Origin: an uncultured virus (IMG/VR IMGVR_UViG_3300037010_004438)
Taxonomy: Duplodnaviria; Heunggongvirae; Uroviricota; Caudoviricetes
Length of the DNA stretch: 64,000 nt
Virus record (IMG/VR): IMGVR_UViG_3300037010_004438
Direction: 5' to 3' (one strand)
Position 1 is the stretch's first letter; each line of letters starts with the position of its first letter. A program made the position numbers and the translations under genes. Positions 9,686-18,240 of the stretch are shown here, piece by piece. The notes under the pieces are model-generated. The model saw only the letters and a list, made by a program, of their open reading frames with translations, searched no databases and was not told the origin of the DNA.

Positions 9686-10087
9686 ATGGACTTCGATAGG
9701 ATCGGTTCCTCCATCATTTCGGGAGCTGTCAAGAAGGTCGTCGAGGACTACGTCGCCCGGATGGACGACGGCGTGCGCAAGGAGATCGAAGAGGACATCC
9801 GCGCAAAGCTGACGGAGGCCGTCGGGAAGATGCCCGACTGGGAATTTCGCGAGGCGGCCCAGAAGATCGTTCGGGAGCGCGTCGAGCGCGCGATTCGTCT
9901 GGCGCGACCGAACCTCGACGCCGAAATGCAGGAGGCCGTCTCCGCCGCGTTCGAGAGAGAGTTGAGTCCCGAGGCGATTCAGGAGCGCTTCCGAGCGCGG
10001 GTTGGCGAAGTCGCGAACGCTGCCATCTACGGAGCGGTCGCCGAATCCCTCGCCGCGGCCGGACGCGAGCTTCGGAGGGTCCGATGA
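9686..10087 (+). CDS. Helical hypothetical protein
   Basis: GGAGG RBS. Confidence 0.6.
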   Translation: MDFDRIGSSIISGAVKKVVEDYVARMDDGVRKEIEEDIRAKLTEAVGKMPDWEFREAAQKIVRERVERAIRLARPNLDAEMQEAVSAAFERELSPEAIQERFRARVGEVANAAIYGAVAESLAAAGRELRRVR

Positions 10088-10428
10088 GCGCTGAGATCGA
10101 AGAGGTGACGGCCTCCGACGTCGTCATGTACGCCCTGCTCGCGGCAATGTTCGTCGGCGAGGGCCATTCGATGGAGAGCGCGCTCGTTCGCGCGAAGGCG
10201 GCGAAGAGCGAGCCGTGGTTCGGTCGTCAGGAAGGATCGAACCTGCGCCCGCTCGCGAAGAAGATCGTCTCGCTCGTGCGCAGCGCCACGACGTACGCCG
10301 GCGCGGACAGTCTCCGAGAATGGGCGAAGAAGTACGAGACCGGCGATCTCCATGAGCGCGCGAGCGCGCTCTTCGAGATGGAGTTCGTTCTCTGCCAGGC
10401 GGAGAGGATGGAGCAGGATGAAGGATGA
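10084..10428 (+). CDS. Hypothetical protein
   Basis: ATGA overlap. Confidence 0.6.
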   Translation: MSAEIEEVTASDVVMYALLAAMFVGEGHSMESALVRAKAAKSEPWFGRQEGSNLRPLAKKIVSLVRSATTYAGADSLREWAKKYETGDLHERASALFEMEFVLCQAERMEQDEG

Positions 10429-10938
10429 GCGGTCGCGGGAGGAAAAGCTTCGCGAGAGCGAACGGCAGATCGGAAGAGAGGGTCGCCGAAGGGTCCCGCA
10501 GACCGCCGTGCCGAACATGAGCGCCGAGAAGACGCGGGTCATGGCCGGCGAGAAGTTCGCCTCGCCGTCCGCAATCGCCAAGGAGCGCGAGCTTCCCTGG
10601 ATCGAGACCGGGGAGGAGGCCCTTCCATTGCGCAGGATACGCGCCGCCTCGCCCGCGTCTTGGCCGTGCACCGAGCGTACGCGATCAAGGCCTCTGAGGA
10701 GAAGGAGGGGCGATGCCTTCGGCGCGGGCACCGGCGCGAGAACCATGTTCGAGACCTCTGCCGAGAGACGCGCATCGCGCCCCACGACGGGCGAAGGGCG
10801 CGGCGGCGCTGCTCGGAGTTCGTGGAGCCGACCCCCGATTGCCCGCGCTGCGGAGGGTTGGGGCGGATCCCTCTGCCGAAGGGCGAGCGTTTCCGCCCCG
10901 TGCACGACCATCCACTGCCCCACCTATGGAGACTGAAG

Positions 10939-11232
10939 ATGTCCTTTTCCTTCCAGATCGAGAGTCATGAGGACGACAGCGTGACGCTCACGATGGGTGC
11001 GCTCACGGCGACGATCCGCGGCGAGACGTACCGCGACGCGTACGACGCGGCGAGGACGCTCGCCTCCGTCCTCTCGGCGCGCGTCGACCTTGCGCGGCTC
11101 ATGGCGCGGACGACGGGCCTGCGACAGGCCTTCACGGAGGTCGAGCAGGCCCTCGACGCGCTCGACCGAGCGGTCGTCGTGGCGCACGGGCGGGCCGCCT
11201 CGATCGGGTCCAAGCCGGAGGAGTTCCGATGA
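10939..11232 (+). CDS. Hypothetical protein
   Basis: GGAG RBS. Confidence 0.55.
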   Translation: MSFSFQIESHEDDSVTLTMGALTATIRGETYRDAYDAARTLASVLSARVDLARLMARTTGLRQAFTEVEQALDALDRAVVVAHGRAASIGSKPEEFR

Positions 11233-11402
11233 ACGGAGAGTGAACAATGTGCGCTCCGCTTCTACACGCTCGCGAAGGAGGAGCAGCGCCAACTTTCAGG
11301 AAGTCGATGCGCGATGTTCATGAACCGCGCGTACGGATGCTCATTCGCGAAGCTGGCAGTGCAGAAGGCGCGCGATGCGTGCGCTGGGGATAGAGGAGGA
11401 CG

Positions 11403-11834
11403 ATGCTCGACGAACCTGAGGCCTTGACGCTCGACGAGCTTGCGGCCGCCGCGGACGCGGAGGAGCCGGACCTCGGCGCCCACGAGGAGACGCCCCTCTC
11501 CGTGCTCGGGCGCGTCACCGTCATCGTCGAAGAACTGTTTCGGCGCGGCACGCTCGACGCTGACCGAAGCGGCTTGGAGATGGACCTCTCTGCCTCCCTT
11601 GCCGCCGCGCGCGACTGGATCGAGGAGGCTCTTCCCGCGGATTCAGAGGAAGAAGCAGAACGCGGAGAACCGCGCGGCGCCGAACTCGACGCGGTCGTCA
11701 TCCGCCGTCCTTTCACCCTCGATCCCGAGACGGCGCGCGCGAAGGCGAGAGACGCGGAAGCTGCGTGCAATCGATGCCGCTCCTGCTGGTACGCGAACGG
11801 GCGCCACGCGAAGTGGTGCAGGCGACCCGGGTGA
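11403..11834 (+). CDS. Acidic hypothetical protein with C-terminal Cys/His cluster
   Basis: GAGGAGG RBS. Confidence 0.6.
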   Translation: MLDEPEALTLDELAAAADAEEPDLGAHEETPLSVLGRVTVIVEELFRRGTLDADRSGLEMDLSASLAAARDWIEEALPADSEEEAERGEPRGAELDAVVIRRPFTLDPETARAKARDAEAACNRCRSCWYANGRHAKWCRRPG

Positions 11835-12175
11835 TGGGCGCGTACTGGGATCCGTTCCACGCCTCGGGCCGGTCGATGTACCACTGGCCGCCCTGGAGCC
11901 GTCCGGGCTCGTGGTCGGTGTGGTCGGAGCGCGATGCGCGCTGGAAGATGATGGGCGACTGCTCAGTCGTCTCCGTCTTTTCGATGCCGCGCGAGAGCGA
12001 GGAGAAGGCCGAGAGGCGGGCGCAGAGAGACCTCAGGGGCTCGTTCGGCCGCCGCTACATCGTCCACGTCAACCGCGCCGAGCGCATCTCCGCCCGCACC
12101 TGCCCCGACTCCGCCAAGGGGCGCCGCCGCAAGCACCGCCTCGCCGCAGCCATCTACGAGGCCGCGAAGGCCTGA
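11834..12175 (+). CDS. Hypothetical protein
   Basis: TGATG coupling. Confidence 0.5.
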   Translation: MGAYWDPFHASGRSMYHWPPWSRPGSWSVWSERDARWKMMGDCSVVSVFSMPRESEEKAERRAQRDLRGSFGRRYIVHVNRAERISARTCPDSAKGRRRKHRLAAAIYEAAKA

Positions 12176-12184
12176 GAGGGAACC

Positions 12185-12433
12185 ATGAACGACATCGAAC
12201 GAGCACTCTACCAAGCGTGGCACAAGCAGTACCGGGGCAGGGCGCGACCCGGTACTGTGTCGGCTGCCCTCCAGGACGCCCTGGATGCCGGGATGTCCGA
12301 CGAGGCCGTATGGGCGGTTATGGACCAGGCGACCCGCGATACAGAAGTCGACCGGGAGCGACAGTACCGGCGGAGCGCTTGGCGCCGAGCAGTCGTGCTT
12401 GCGCTCCTACAGAACGATGCCTCGAAGGTCTGA
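12185..12433 (+). CDS. Hypothetical protein
   Basis: GAGGG RBS. Confidence 0.55.
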   Translation: MNDIERALYQAWHKQYRGRARPGTVSAALQDALDAGMSDEAVWAVMDQATRDTEVDRERQYRRSAWRRAVVLALLQNDASKV

Positions 12434-12697
12434 AGGAAGGCTCCCATGAAACGCGGACCCTTGGGTTTCAATCGACGATGTCGTTGCGCACCTCAAGGCG
12501 ACGAAGGACTCGGTCTACCGACGGATCGAGTCCCGCAGCCTGCCCGCACACAAGGCGGATCGCCACTGGAGGTTCAAGTTGTCCGAAATCGACGAGCGGA
12601 TCAGATGCGGGGAGCCCTTTGACTTCTCCGTCGCGCACCTCGACGTATCGAGTGCGAGCGCGGCCAGAGGAGCCGTTGCCGCATCGGGAAGGAAGCG

Positions 12698-14485
12698 ATG
12701 ACCGCTCCAACGAAGCGCGCGGGGGCGGCCACGAAGCAACGAGCGACCTTCGACTTCGCCACCCCAGAGCCAGCCCGCCCTGCGCAGCGTCCAGCCGACG
12801 GTCGATATGCAGAAGTCAGCGACCGTAAGGCAAGCGGCGCCACGTACACGCCGCAGGAAATTGCGGAGTATCTTTCAGTTCAGTTGGCAGACAGCGCTCC
12901 AGACATTCTGGAGCGCGAGACGATTCGCGTACTCGATCCGGCGATCGGGGACGGCGCACTGACACTGGCGTTGCTCAACGTTCTGACGCGCAGGTCGTCC
13001 GCGCGCATTTCGGTCGTTGGGTACGAGACAAACCCTGCGGCGGCAGCGGCGGCGAAGCGCGCCCTTGAGGCGTCCTTCGCCCGCGCGGAGATCGACATCC
13101 GCGAGCGCGATTTCCTCGCCGAGCGCGACTCCACTAAATTCGATCTTGCGATCGCCAATCCGCCGTATGTCCGCACCCAAATCATGGGTGCGGAAGACGC
13201 GGGAATCCTCGCTGTCCGTTTTGGTCTGGAGGGGCGAGTGGACCTCTACCAAGCATTCACTCTCAGCCTCATCGAACGGCTGGCGCCCGAGGGCGGACTC
13301 GCGCTCATCACGTCCAATCGCTTCCTCACGACAAAGGGCGCTGCCGCATTCAGGGGCGCGCTCCACGCCGGCTTGGCGATCTCCCGACTCTGGGATCTCG
13401 GAGACACCAAGATCTTCGACGCGGCGGTTCTCCCGGCCATGCTGGTTGGTCGTCGGCGCTCCGGGAGCGCGGCCAAGTCCGAGGAACCCCTTTTTACCTC
13501 CGTCTACGAGCGACGAGATGCGCCTGGCTCTCCGTGCACGTCGCTGGCCGCGGCGCTTGAGCAGCAGGGCGAACTGCAGGTCGGAAGCCGAACATTCAAG
13601 GTGCAGCAGGGACACCTGCGGGCGGAGCGTGGGGGTATCTGGCGACTGTCGTCTGCGAGCCTTGATACGTGGCTTCAGACGGTTCAGTCGAATACCTGGA
13701 GACGTCTCGGCGAGATCGGCAAGATCCGCGTCGGCGTGAAGACCGCTGCAGACAAGGTCTTCATCCGCAGCGACTGGTCGACCATGGGGGCGAAGACGCC
13801 CGAGCTTCTTCGTCCGCTGATCACCCACCATGTCGCCGAGCGCTATCGAGCTGGAGCACCTATCAAGCAGATCCTCTATCCGCACCTCGACAACAGAGGT
13901 CGGCGCGAAGTCGCCGACTTGGCCGACCACCCGCATGCGGCCGCCTACCTTGAAATGCATCGAGGCACGCTTGAGGCAAGGAAGTACGTCATCGACTCCG
14001 GACGCAAGTGGTACGAGATCTGGGTTCCCCAGGAGCCGGCACTGTGGCCGCGTCCGAAGCTCGTGTTTCGGGACATCGCCGAAAAGCCCACCTTCTGGAT
14101 CGACAGGTCGGGAGGCGTCGTCAATGGAGACTGCTACTGGATGGCGACCGAGGACGCGGAGAACGAGGAGATTCTCTGGCTTGCTGCCGCCGTAACCAAT
14201 TCCACGTTCATCGAGGCGTTCTACGACCACTGCTTCAACAACAAGCTCTACGCGGGACGTCGTCGTTTCATGAGTCAGTACGTCGAGCAGTTCCCGCTCC
14301 CCGACCCCTCGACCAAGGCGGGGAAGGAGCTAGCCGTTCTGGCGAAGCGCAGGCATGATGCCGACGACATCAACACCCAAGCCCGACTGGAGATCGAGAT
14401 CGACAGACGAGTATGGACCGCGTTCGGGCTTCCGGGCGGAAGCGCGAACGATTCCCTTCACTGTCCCCCGAGGAGGGTAGGTTGA
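12698..14485 (+). CDS. Gamma-class N6-adenine DNA methyltransferase (M.BseCI/M.BanIII-like), orphan
   Basis: VLDPAIGDG (motif I) precedes IANPPY (motif IV); GRVDLYQAF, DLGDTKIFDAAVLPA, WYEIWVP, NKLYAGRRR match the BseCI-type family as recalled. Confidence 0.9.
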   Translation: MTAPTKRAGAATKQRATFDFATPEPARPAQRPADGRYAEVSDRKASGATYTPQEIAEYLSVQLADSAPDILERETIRVLDPAIGDGALTLALLNVLTRRSSARISVVGYETNPAAAAAAKRALEASFARAEIDIRERDFLAERDSTKFDLAIANPPYVRTQIMGAEDAGILAVRFGLEGRVDLYQAFTLSLIERLAPEGGLALITSNRFLTTKGAAAFRGALHAGLAISRLWDLGDTKIFDAAVLPAMLVGRRRSGSAAKSEEPLFTSVYERRDAPGSPCTSLAAALEQQGELQVGSRTFKVQQGHLRAERGGIWRLSSASLDTWLQTVQSNTWRRLGEIGKIRVGVKTAADKVFIRSDWSTMGAKTPELLRPLITHHVAERYRAGAPIKQILYPHLDNRGRREVADLADHPHAAAYLEMHRGTLEARKYVIDSGRKWYEIWVPQEPALWPRPKLVFRDIAEKPTFWIDRSGGVVNGDCYWMATEDAENEEILWLAAAVTNSTFIEAFYDHCFNNKLYAGRRRFMSQYVEQFPLPDPSTKAGKELAVLAKRRHDADDINTQARLEIEIDRRVWTAFGLPGGSANDSLHCPPRRVG

Positions 14486-14561
14486 CGACTTCGGCCGAGC
14501 TTGGTAGGGCATGAAAGGGGGCGTCGAGGAGACGCTCCGAGAACGTTCGAGGAGGACGAAC

Positions 14562-14768
14562 ATGGCGCAAGAGGCAGTGCCGGTCATCGAGATCGGCGAG
14601 ACGGACAGGGCGGTGCTGCAGATGCTCCTCATGCGGGGCAACCTTCTGAAGCTCGCCTTCGCCGTGCTGAGGATGCTCGACGAGGTCGGGGTCGAAGACC
14701 TCTCCTTCGTGACGTCGAAGGGCTCGAAGGTCTCGATCACGATCGAGAGCGCGCTCGGCGAGGCGTAG
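14562..14768 (+). CDS. Hypothetical protein
   Basis: GGAGG RBS. Confidence 0.5.
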   Translation: MAQEAVPVIEIGETDRAVLQMLLMRGNLLKLAFAVLRMLDEVGVEDLSFVTSKGSKVSITIESALGEA

Positions 14769-15255
14769 CTCGCGGGAAAGCAAGACTCCGCGCTCGAACT
14801 CCCTTGCGACGAGTGACGGGCCAAAAAAGAACGAGCCCTGCCTCGAATGGCGCGCGAACGCGGGCGGCCTCGACTGCGCGCACTTCATGCGCGTCAAGCT
14901 CGCCGAGATCGATGACCTCCTTGCCGGCGACGAGTGCGCGGACGGCATCGATCTGCTTGCCCAGGAGCTTTCCGTACCCGCGGCCTACGCCCTTCGCTTG
15001 CTCGGCGGAGCGTCCGAATCTCGCTTGAGCAGACCGTGACCGACGATCATGAGCGCGACGATGGCGCCGAGCCCTCCAATGACCCAGGCCGCCTGCTCGT
15101 TCTCCGAGAGGTCGGCGAACGCTCCTGTCGCCGCCGAGGGGCGAGGATGGGCACGGAGCGAGACGAGGGAGGCGTGGGAGGGCATGACGACTTTCGGGAA
15201 GTCTACTTCCTTCTTGCAGCGAAAAACAGGCGAGAAGGATCGTGTTCATGGGCCC

Positions 15256-15294
15256 AAATAAAAAGCGAGGGCCTGCATTTTGCAGACCCTCGCT
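15256..15294 (-). terminator. Intrinsic terminator after tmRNA
   Basis: - strand AGCGAGGGTCTGCA-AAA-TGCAGGCCCTCGCT followed by TTTTATTT. Confidence 0.8.
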
Positions 15295-15679
15295 AGTGGA
15301 GCCGAGTGGAGTCGAACCACTGTCCGATAGAGTGCCGCCGAATCATTCGTTCACGGGCGTAGCCCGATCACTTCAACAAGACCTCGTACGCTCATCGAGC
15401 ATCGGCGTTCGAGGTTGCTGGGGAATCTCGCCCTAGCTCCAGCCATTCTGCGCGTTCGCCGCCTCCGTGGTTAGGCAATCCGAGGGCGACTAGCTTCTGT
15501 AAATGATGACGAGAAGGTACTGAAGCGCCTACTTCTCATCAGTGATCAGGCCGCCTTCGCGGAGATCACGTTGCCGTTGTCGTTGGCTTGTGTTGACGGC
15601 TTGTTGCTTTCAAGGCCCTGCAAGCTCGGGCCTACCCGCACAATTGACTTTCCTCCACCGTCGAAACCGGGGCGGCCCC
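15294..15679 (-). ncRNA. ssrA: tmRNA; tag (A)NDNGNVISAKAA at 15587-15546
   Basis: 5' GGGGCCG..GGTTTCGAC; 3' T-arm GGTTCGACTCC and CGGCTCCA with G3-U wobble; tag ORF ending AA*. Confidence 0.95.
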
Positions 15680-15792
15680 AGACTGGTTTCGGCCTCCCTT
15701 GCGGGAGAGCGCGGAGAGCCAGCGTCCGCAGGGGCGACTGGTTTTTCCCAGAAGCCCTTCGCCAGCCTGTCGGAACCCCGACCGGCACAGAC

Positions 15793-15820
15793 AGGATAGC
15801 GCAGCCTCCGCAGCTGTCAA
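15793..15820 (-). promoter_or_regulatory. Candidate promoter for tmRNA
   Basis: - strand TTGACA-N16-TATCCT. Confidence 0.55.
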
Positions 15821-15840
15821 GAGAGAATGTTTTGAGACGT

Positions 15841-15892
15841 TGCGGAAGGAGGAGGACTCGAACCTCTGCCATTGCAGGCTCCCGGTTTGAGG
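15841..15892 (-). pseudogene. 3' half of a tRNA-Leu(CAA)-like gene
   Basis: CTCAAAC loop, long variable arm, GGTTCGAGTCC T-arm; no D-arm or 5' acceptor strand. Confidence 0.5.
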
Positions 15893-15906
15893 GTCCTCCG
15901 CTCTCA

Positions 15907-15968
15907 CCGAGTCGAACTCGCGATGCCGCTTTTTGCAGAGCGAGGCCTTACCGCTTGGCCGCCTCGAC
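15907..15968 (-). pseudogene. 5' portion of a tRNA-Cys(GCA)-like gene
   Basis: GCCAAGCGGTAAGGC D-arm, CTGCAAA loop, TTCGACT; 3' acceptor strand missing. Confidence 0.5.
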
Positions 15969-15969
15969 A

Positions 15970-16043
15970 TGGACCAGGTGAGGGGAATCGAACCCCCTCC
16001 TTCTCGTTGGCGACGAAAAGCTCGACCTTCGAGCTACACCTGC
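15970..16043 (-). tRNA. tRNA-Gly(GCC), atypical (C33, G1-G72 mismatch)
   Basis: Cloverleaf; loop TCGCCAA; encoded CCA. Confidence 0.75.
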
Positions 16044-16068
16044 ATCCCGGTTTCAAGAGCCGGAACTC

Positions 16069-16142
16069 TGGAGCGGGTAACGGGAATCGAACCCGTGATG
16101 CTAGGGTGGAAACCTAGAGCCGTACCGCTTGGCGATACCCGC
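16069..16142 (-). tRNA. tRNA-Gly(UCC)
   Basis: GCGGGTA/TACCCGC acceptor; CTAGG-TTTCCAC-CCTAG; U73 CCA. Confidence 0.92.
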
Positions 16143-16233
16143 GGGATGGTTTAGAAGGGGCAGCGGCGGCCCTTCCAACATTCCGTCCAGCGAAGCTGGT
16201 CCGGAGGTAGGGAGGGCGGAGAGCCCTTCCGGC
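16143..16233. repeat. ~90-bp triple-hairpin element, copy 2 (inside the tRNA array)
   Basis: Matches 5884-5976. Confidence 0.8.
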
Positions 16234-16278
16234 GTTCTTTCGTTCTTTCTATCAGGGCTCGGCGTCCCGTTGCAAGAG

Positions 16279-16350
16279 AGCCGGCGAGAGGAGTCGAACC
16301 TCCAACCAAGGCATTACAGGGGCCCTGCGCTGCCGTTGCGCCACGCCGGC
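16279..16350 (-). tRNA. tRNA-Thr(UGU), C33
   Basis: GCCGGCG/CGCCGGC acceptor; loop CCTGTAA; GGTTCGACTCC. Confidence 0.85.
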
Positions 16351-16354
16351 GTAG

Positions 16355-16425
16355 AGCCGCCGAGCGGAATCGAACCGCTCCCGATCCCGTACCGAGGGAT
16401 TGCTCCGCCTTGGAGCTACGACGGC
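16355..16425 (-). tRNA. tRNA-Thr(GGU), C33
   Basis: ATCCC-TCGGTAC-GGGAT anticodon arm; complete cloverleaf. Confidence 0.85.
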
Positions 16426-16435
16426 GAAAATTTCG

Positions 16436-16506
16436 TGGACCGCCGGGGAATCAAACCCCGATCCGAGGCTTGCAAAGCCCCTGTTCCCCCGTTGAACCAG
16501 CGGCCC
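16436..16506 (-). tRNA. tRNA-Ala(UGC)
   Basis: G3-U70, A73; loop TTTGCAA; T-loop TTTGATT. Confidence 0.88.
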
Positions 16507-16508
16507 AT

Positions 16509-16582
16509 TGGCGGCCGAGGGAACGCAAGATCCGGTTCTGCCTTGCTCTTCGCGCATCGAAGCGCAGCGTTCCTCTTGCCGC
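16509..16582 (-). ncRNA. Unidentified ~74-nt structured RNA candidate with a CCA-like 3' end
   Basis: GCGGCAAGAGGAACGC pairs with GCGTTCCCTCGGCCGC followed by CA; occupies a tRNA-sized slot. Confidence 0.35.
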
Positions 16583-16584
16583 GG

Positions 16585-16655
16585 TGGAGTCAGCGGGAAT
16601 CGAACCCGCATCTCTGGCCTGCGACGCCAGCGTCTTCTCATTGGACGACGACCCC
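16585..16655 (-). tRNA. tRNA-Ala(CGC)
   Basis: G3-U70; CTGGC-GTCGCAG-GCCAG. Confidence 0.9.
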
Positions 16656-16662
16656 GTCTTTG

Positions 16663-16733
16663 TGGAGCGGAGGGGAATCGAACCCCTATTCCGAGAATGC
16701 CATCCTCGTGTCCTCCCGTTGGACGACCGCCCC
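16663..16733 (-). tRNA. tRNA-Ala(GGC)
   Basis: G3-U70; CGAGG-ATGGCAT-TCTCG. Confidence 0.9.
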
Positions 16734-16738
16734 GTCAG

Positions 16739-16806
16739 CACCGGCGTGAGGAATCGAACCCCATTCTGCAGTTTTGGAGGCCGCATTGCGACCTTCGCTC
16801 GCCGGT
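16739..16806 (-). tRNA. tRNA-Trp(CCA) with shortened D-arm
   Basis: ACCGGCG/CGCCGGT acceptor, G73; loop CTCCAAA. Confidence 0.7.
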
Positions 16807-16902
16807 AAGTGGCAGGATTCGTCTCGTTCGCCGTCAGGTTCGGCGGGGAAGTCTTCTGAAAAGTGAGGAGTCGCGTCGATTGTCAAATTCCTCGGAGAAA
16901 TG

Positions 16903-17064
16903 CCCCTCCCACGCCCCGCGTGCGAGCCGCGAAGCGGCGAGCGAGACCAAGAACAAGAGGGAGGGTTCGCCTTCGGCAGTCGGGAGCGCGGGCAGGAGCG
17001 CGAGCAAGAGCGGGAAAAGGAAGTTCGCCCGCTCCGCGGGCTCGCGCGTGGGGCGTGGGGCGGG
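16903..17064. repeat. Composite hairpin element (copy C)
   Basis: CCCACGCCCCGCGTGCGAGCCGCGAAGCGGCGAG ... GGGCTCGCGCGTGGGGCGTGGG. Confidence 0.85.
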
Positions 17065-17091
17065 CGGACGAAAGCAAAAAGAAGACGCCCC

Positions 17092-17120
17092 TTGCGGTTC
17101 TCGCTATCGCGATATAGGCT
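17092..17120 (+). promoter_or_regulatory. Promoter with TATCGCGATA palindrome
   Basis: TTGCGG-N17-TAGGCT; palindrome 17105-17114. Confidence 0.75.
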
Positions 17121-17572
17121 CTCGAAATCCGCGTGGAAAACGCTGGGCGACGCTGAGGAGGCAGGACGCATGATCGGAGAGTACGCAGGACCCTCGACCG
17201 AAGAGGAGCGCGAGAAACGTCGCAAGGAGGCCGCCTTCGTGCGCGAGATGGGGAGCCTTCACCGCCGATGCGAGTGGGGACGGGGCGCCTCGCAGGAGGC
17301 TCACTACCTACCAGATCGGGGCCTGCTACTGCGTCCGCGATCGTCGCGATCGGCTTCATGACGGCCGAACCGCTCTTCTCGAAGGTCCACCTGACGGAGT
17401 TGAAGGCCGGACGAAGAATTCTCCTTGCCACGCTTGTCGGGCAGACGGAGTTCGACGCAGACTTCCCCGAACCCGGCGTCCTCGATGGGGCGCCCCTCGA
17501 CTTCGAGGATCTCGATGGAGCTGTCCTCCATTCGAAGCTCCTCTCAATCACGCCCGTCTCCTTCGGCGACGC

Positions 17573-17887
17573 GTGAGCAACGTGAAGGAAAAGGTTGCAA
17601 TGGCAGTGGAATCCGCGAAAAAGTCCGCCTTGAAGAAGCGCGGCCGGCCGACGACCACCGGACGCGGCGGCGCGAAGGGAAGCCAAATCCTACTCCGCGT
17701 CTCGGCCGAAGAGCGCGCGCTCCTCGACAAGACGGCGGCGAAGGAGAAGAGGACCACGGCTTCGTGGGTGCGCACCGTCGCCGTCGAGGAGGCTGAACGC
17801 CTCAAGGAAGAAACCAAGGAGCAGAAGGAGGCTTCGGCCGCGGTCGCCTCCGAGATCAAGAACAAGAAGCGTAAGGGGGACGCGTGA
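17573..17887 (+). CDS. Ribbon-helix-helix DNA-binding protein with an AT-hook-like KRGRP motif
   Basis: ILLRVSAEERALLDKTAAKEKRTTASWVR fits the RHH strand-helix-helix pattern. Confidence 0.75.
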   Translation: MSNVKEKVAMAVESAKKSALKKRGRPTTTGRGGAKGSQILLRVSAEERALLDKTAAKEKRTTASWVRTVAVEEAERLKEETKEQKEASAAVASEIKNKKRKGDA

Positions 17888-18240
17888 CCGGCAAGAAATG
17901 TCGAGGTCGCTGCAAGGCGCCCTGCAGGAAGACGGGCGCGGTGGCGCCTTCCGCAGAGGCGACCGCTGTGGAGGGCGCGCCCTCCGCGGAGACGCTCCTC
18001 GTCGCGCTCCCGAAAGGGAGCTTCGACGCGCTCGCGGAGGCCGCGCAAGGGGCGGCGCCGAGGCCCTGGTCGCGGCGGACGAACAACCGTCATCGCCGCC
18101 TCTCCTCGGACCCCTCCGGCCGCGGCGGGGCCCCGCGCCGCGGCCGCGCACGTCGCCGGGCTCGCCGGGAGCCCTGCATCGGCTACGACGCCGTCGCGAA
18201 GAAAATCCTGTCGCTCTTGAAGAAGGCTCCGTAGGTCGCC

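Noticed and set aside
12468..12710. Cognate restriction endonuclease or controller for the methyltransferase
   Set aside because: Only 80 aa with no recognisable PD-(D/E)xK, HNH or HTH motif.
15294..15330. Prophage attachment site at the tmRNA 3' end
   Set aside because: No integrase, no duplicated 3' fragment seen, and virus-like genes continue on both sides.
15709..15814. Separate structured ncRNA between tmRNA and the tRNAs
   Set aside because: Can fold, but overlaps a plausible tmRNA promoter (15793-15820), and hairpins are expected at this GC content; insufficient support.
16739..16806. Suppressor tRNA / alternative genetic code
   Set aside because: Anticodon is CCA (Trp); conserved genes end normally at TGA/TAG/TAA.
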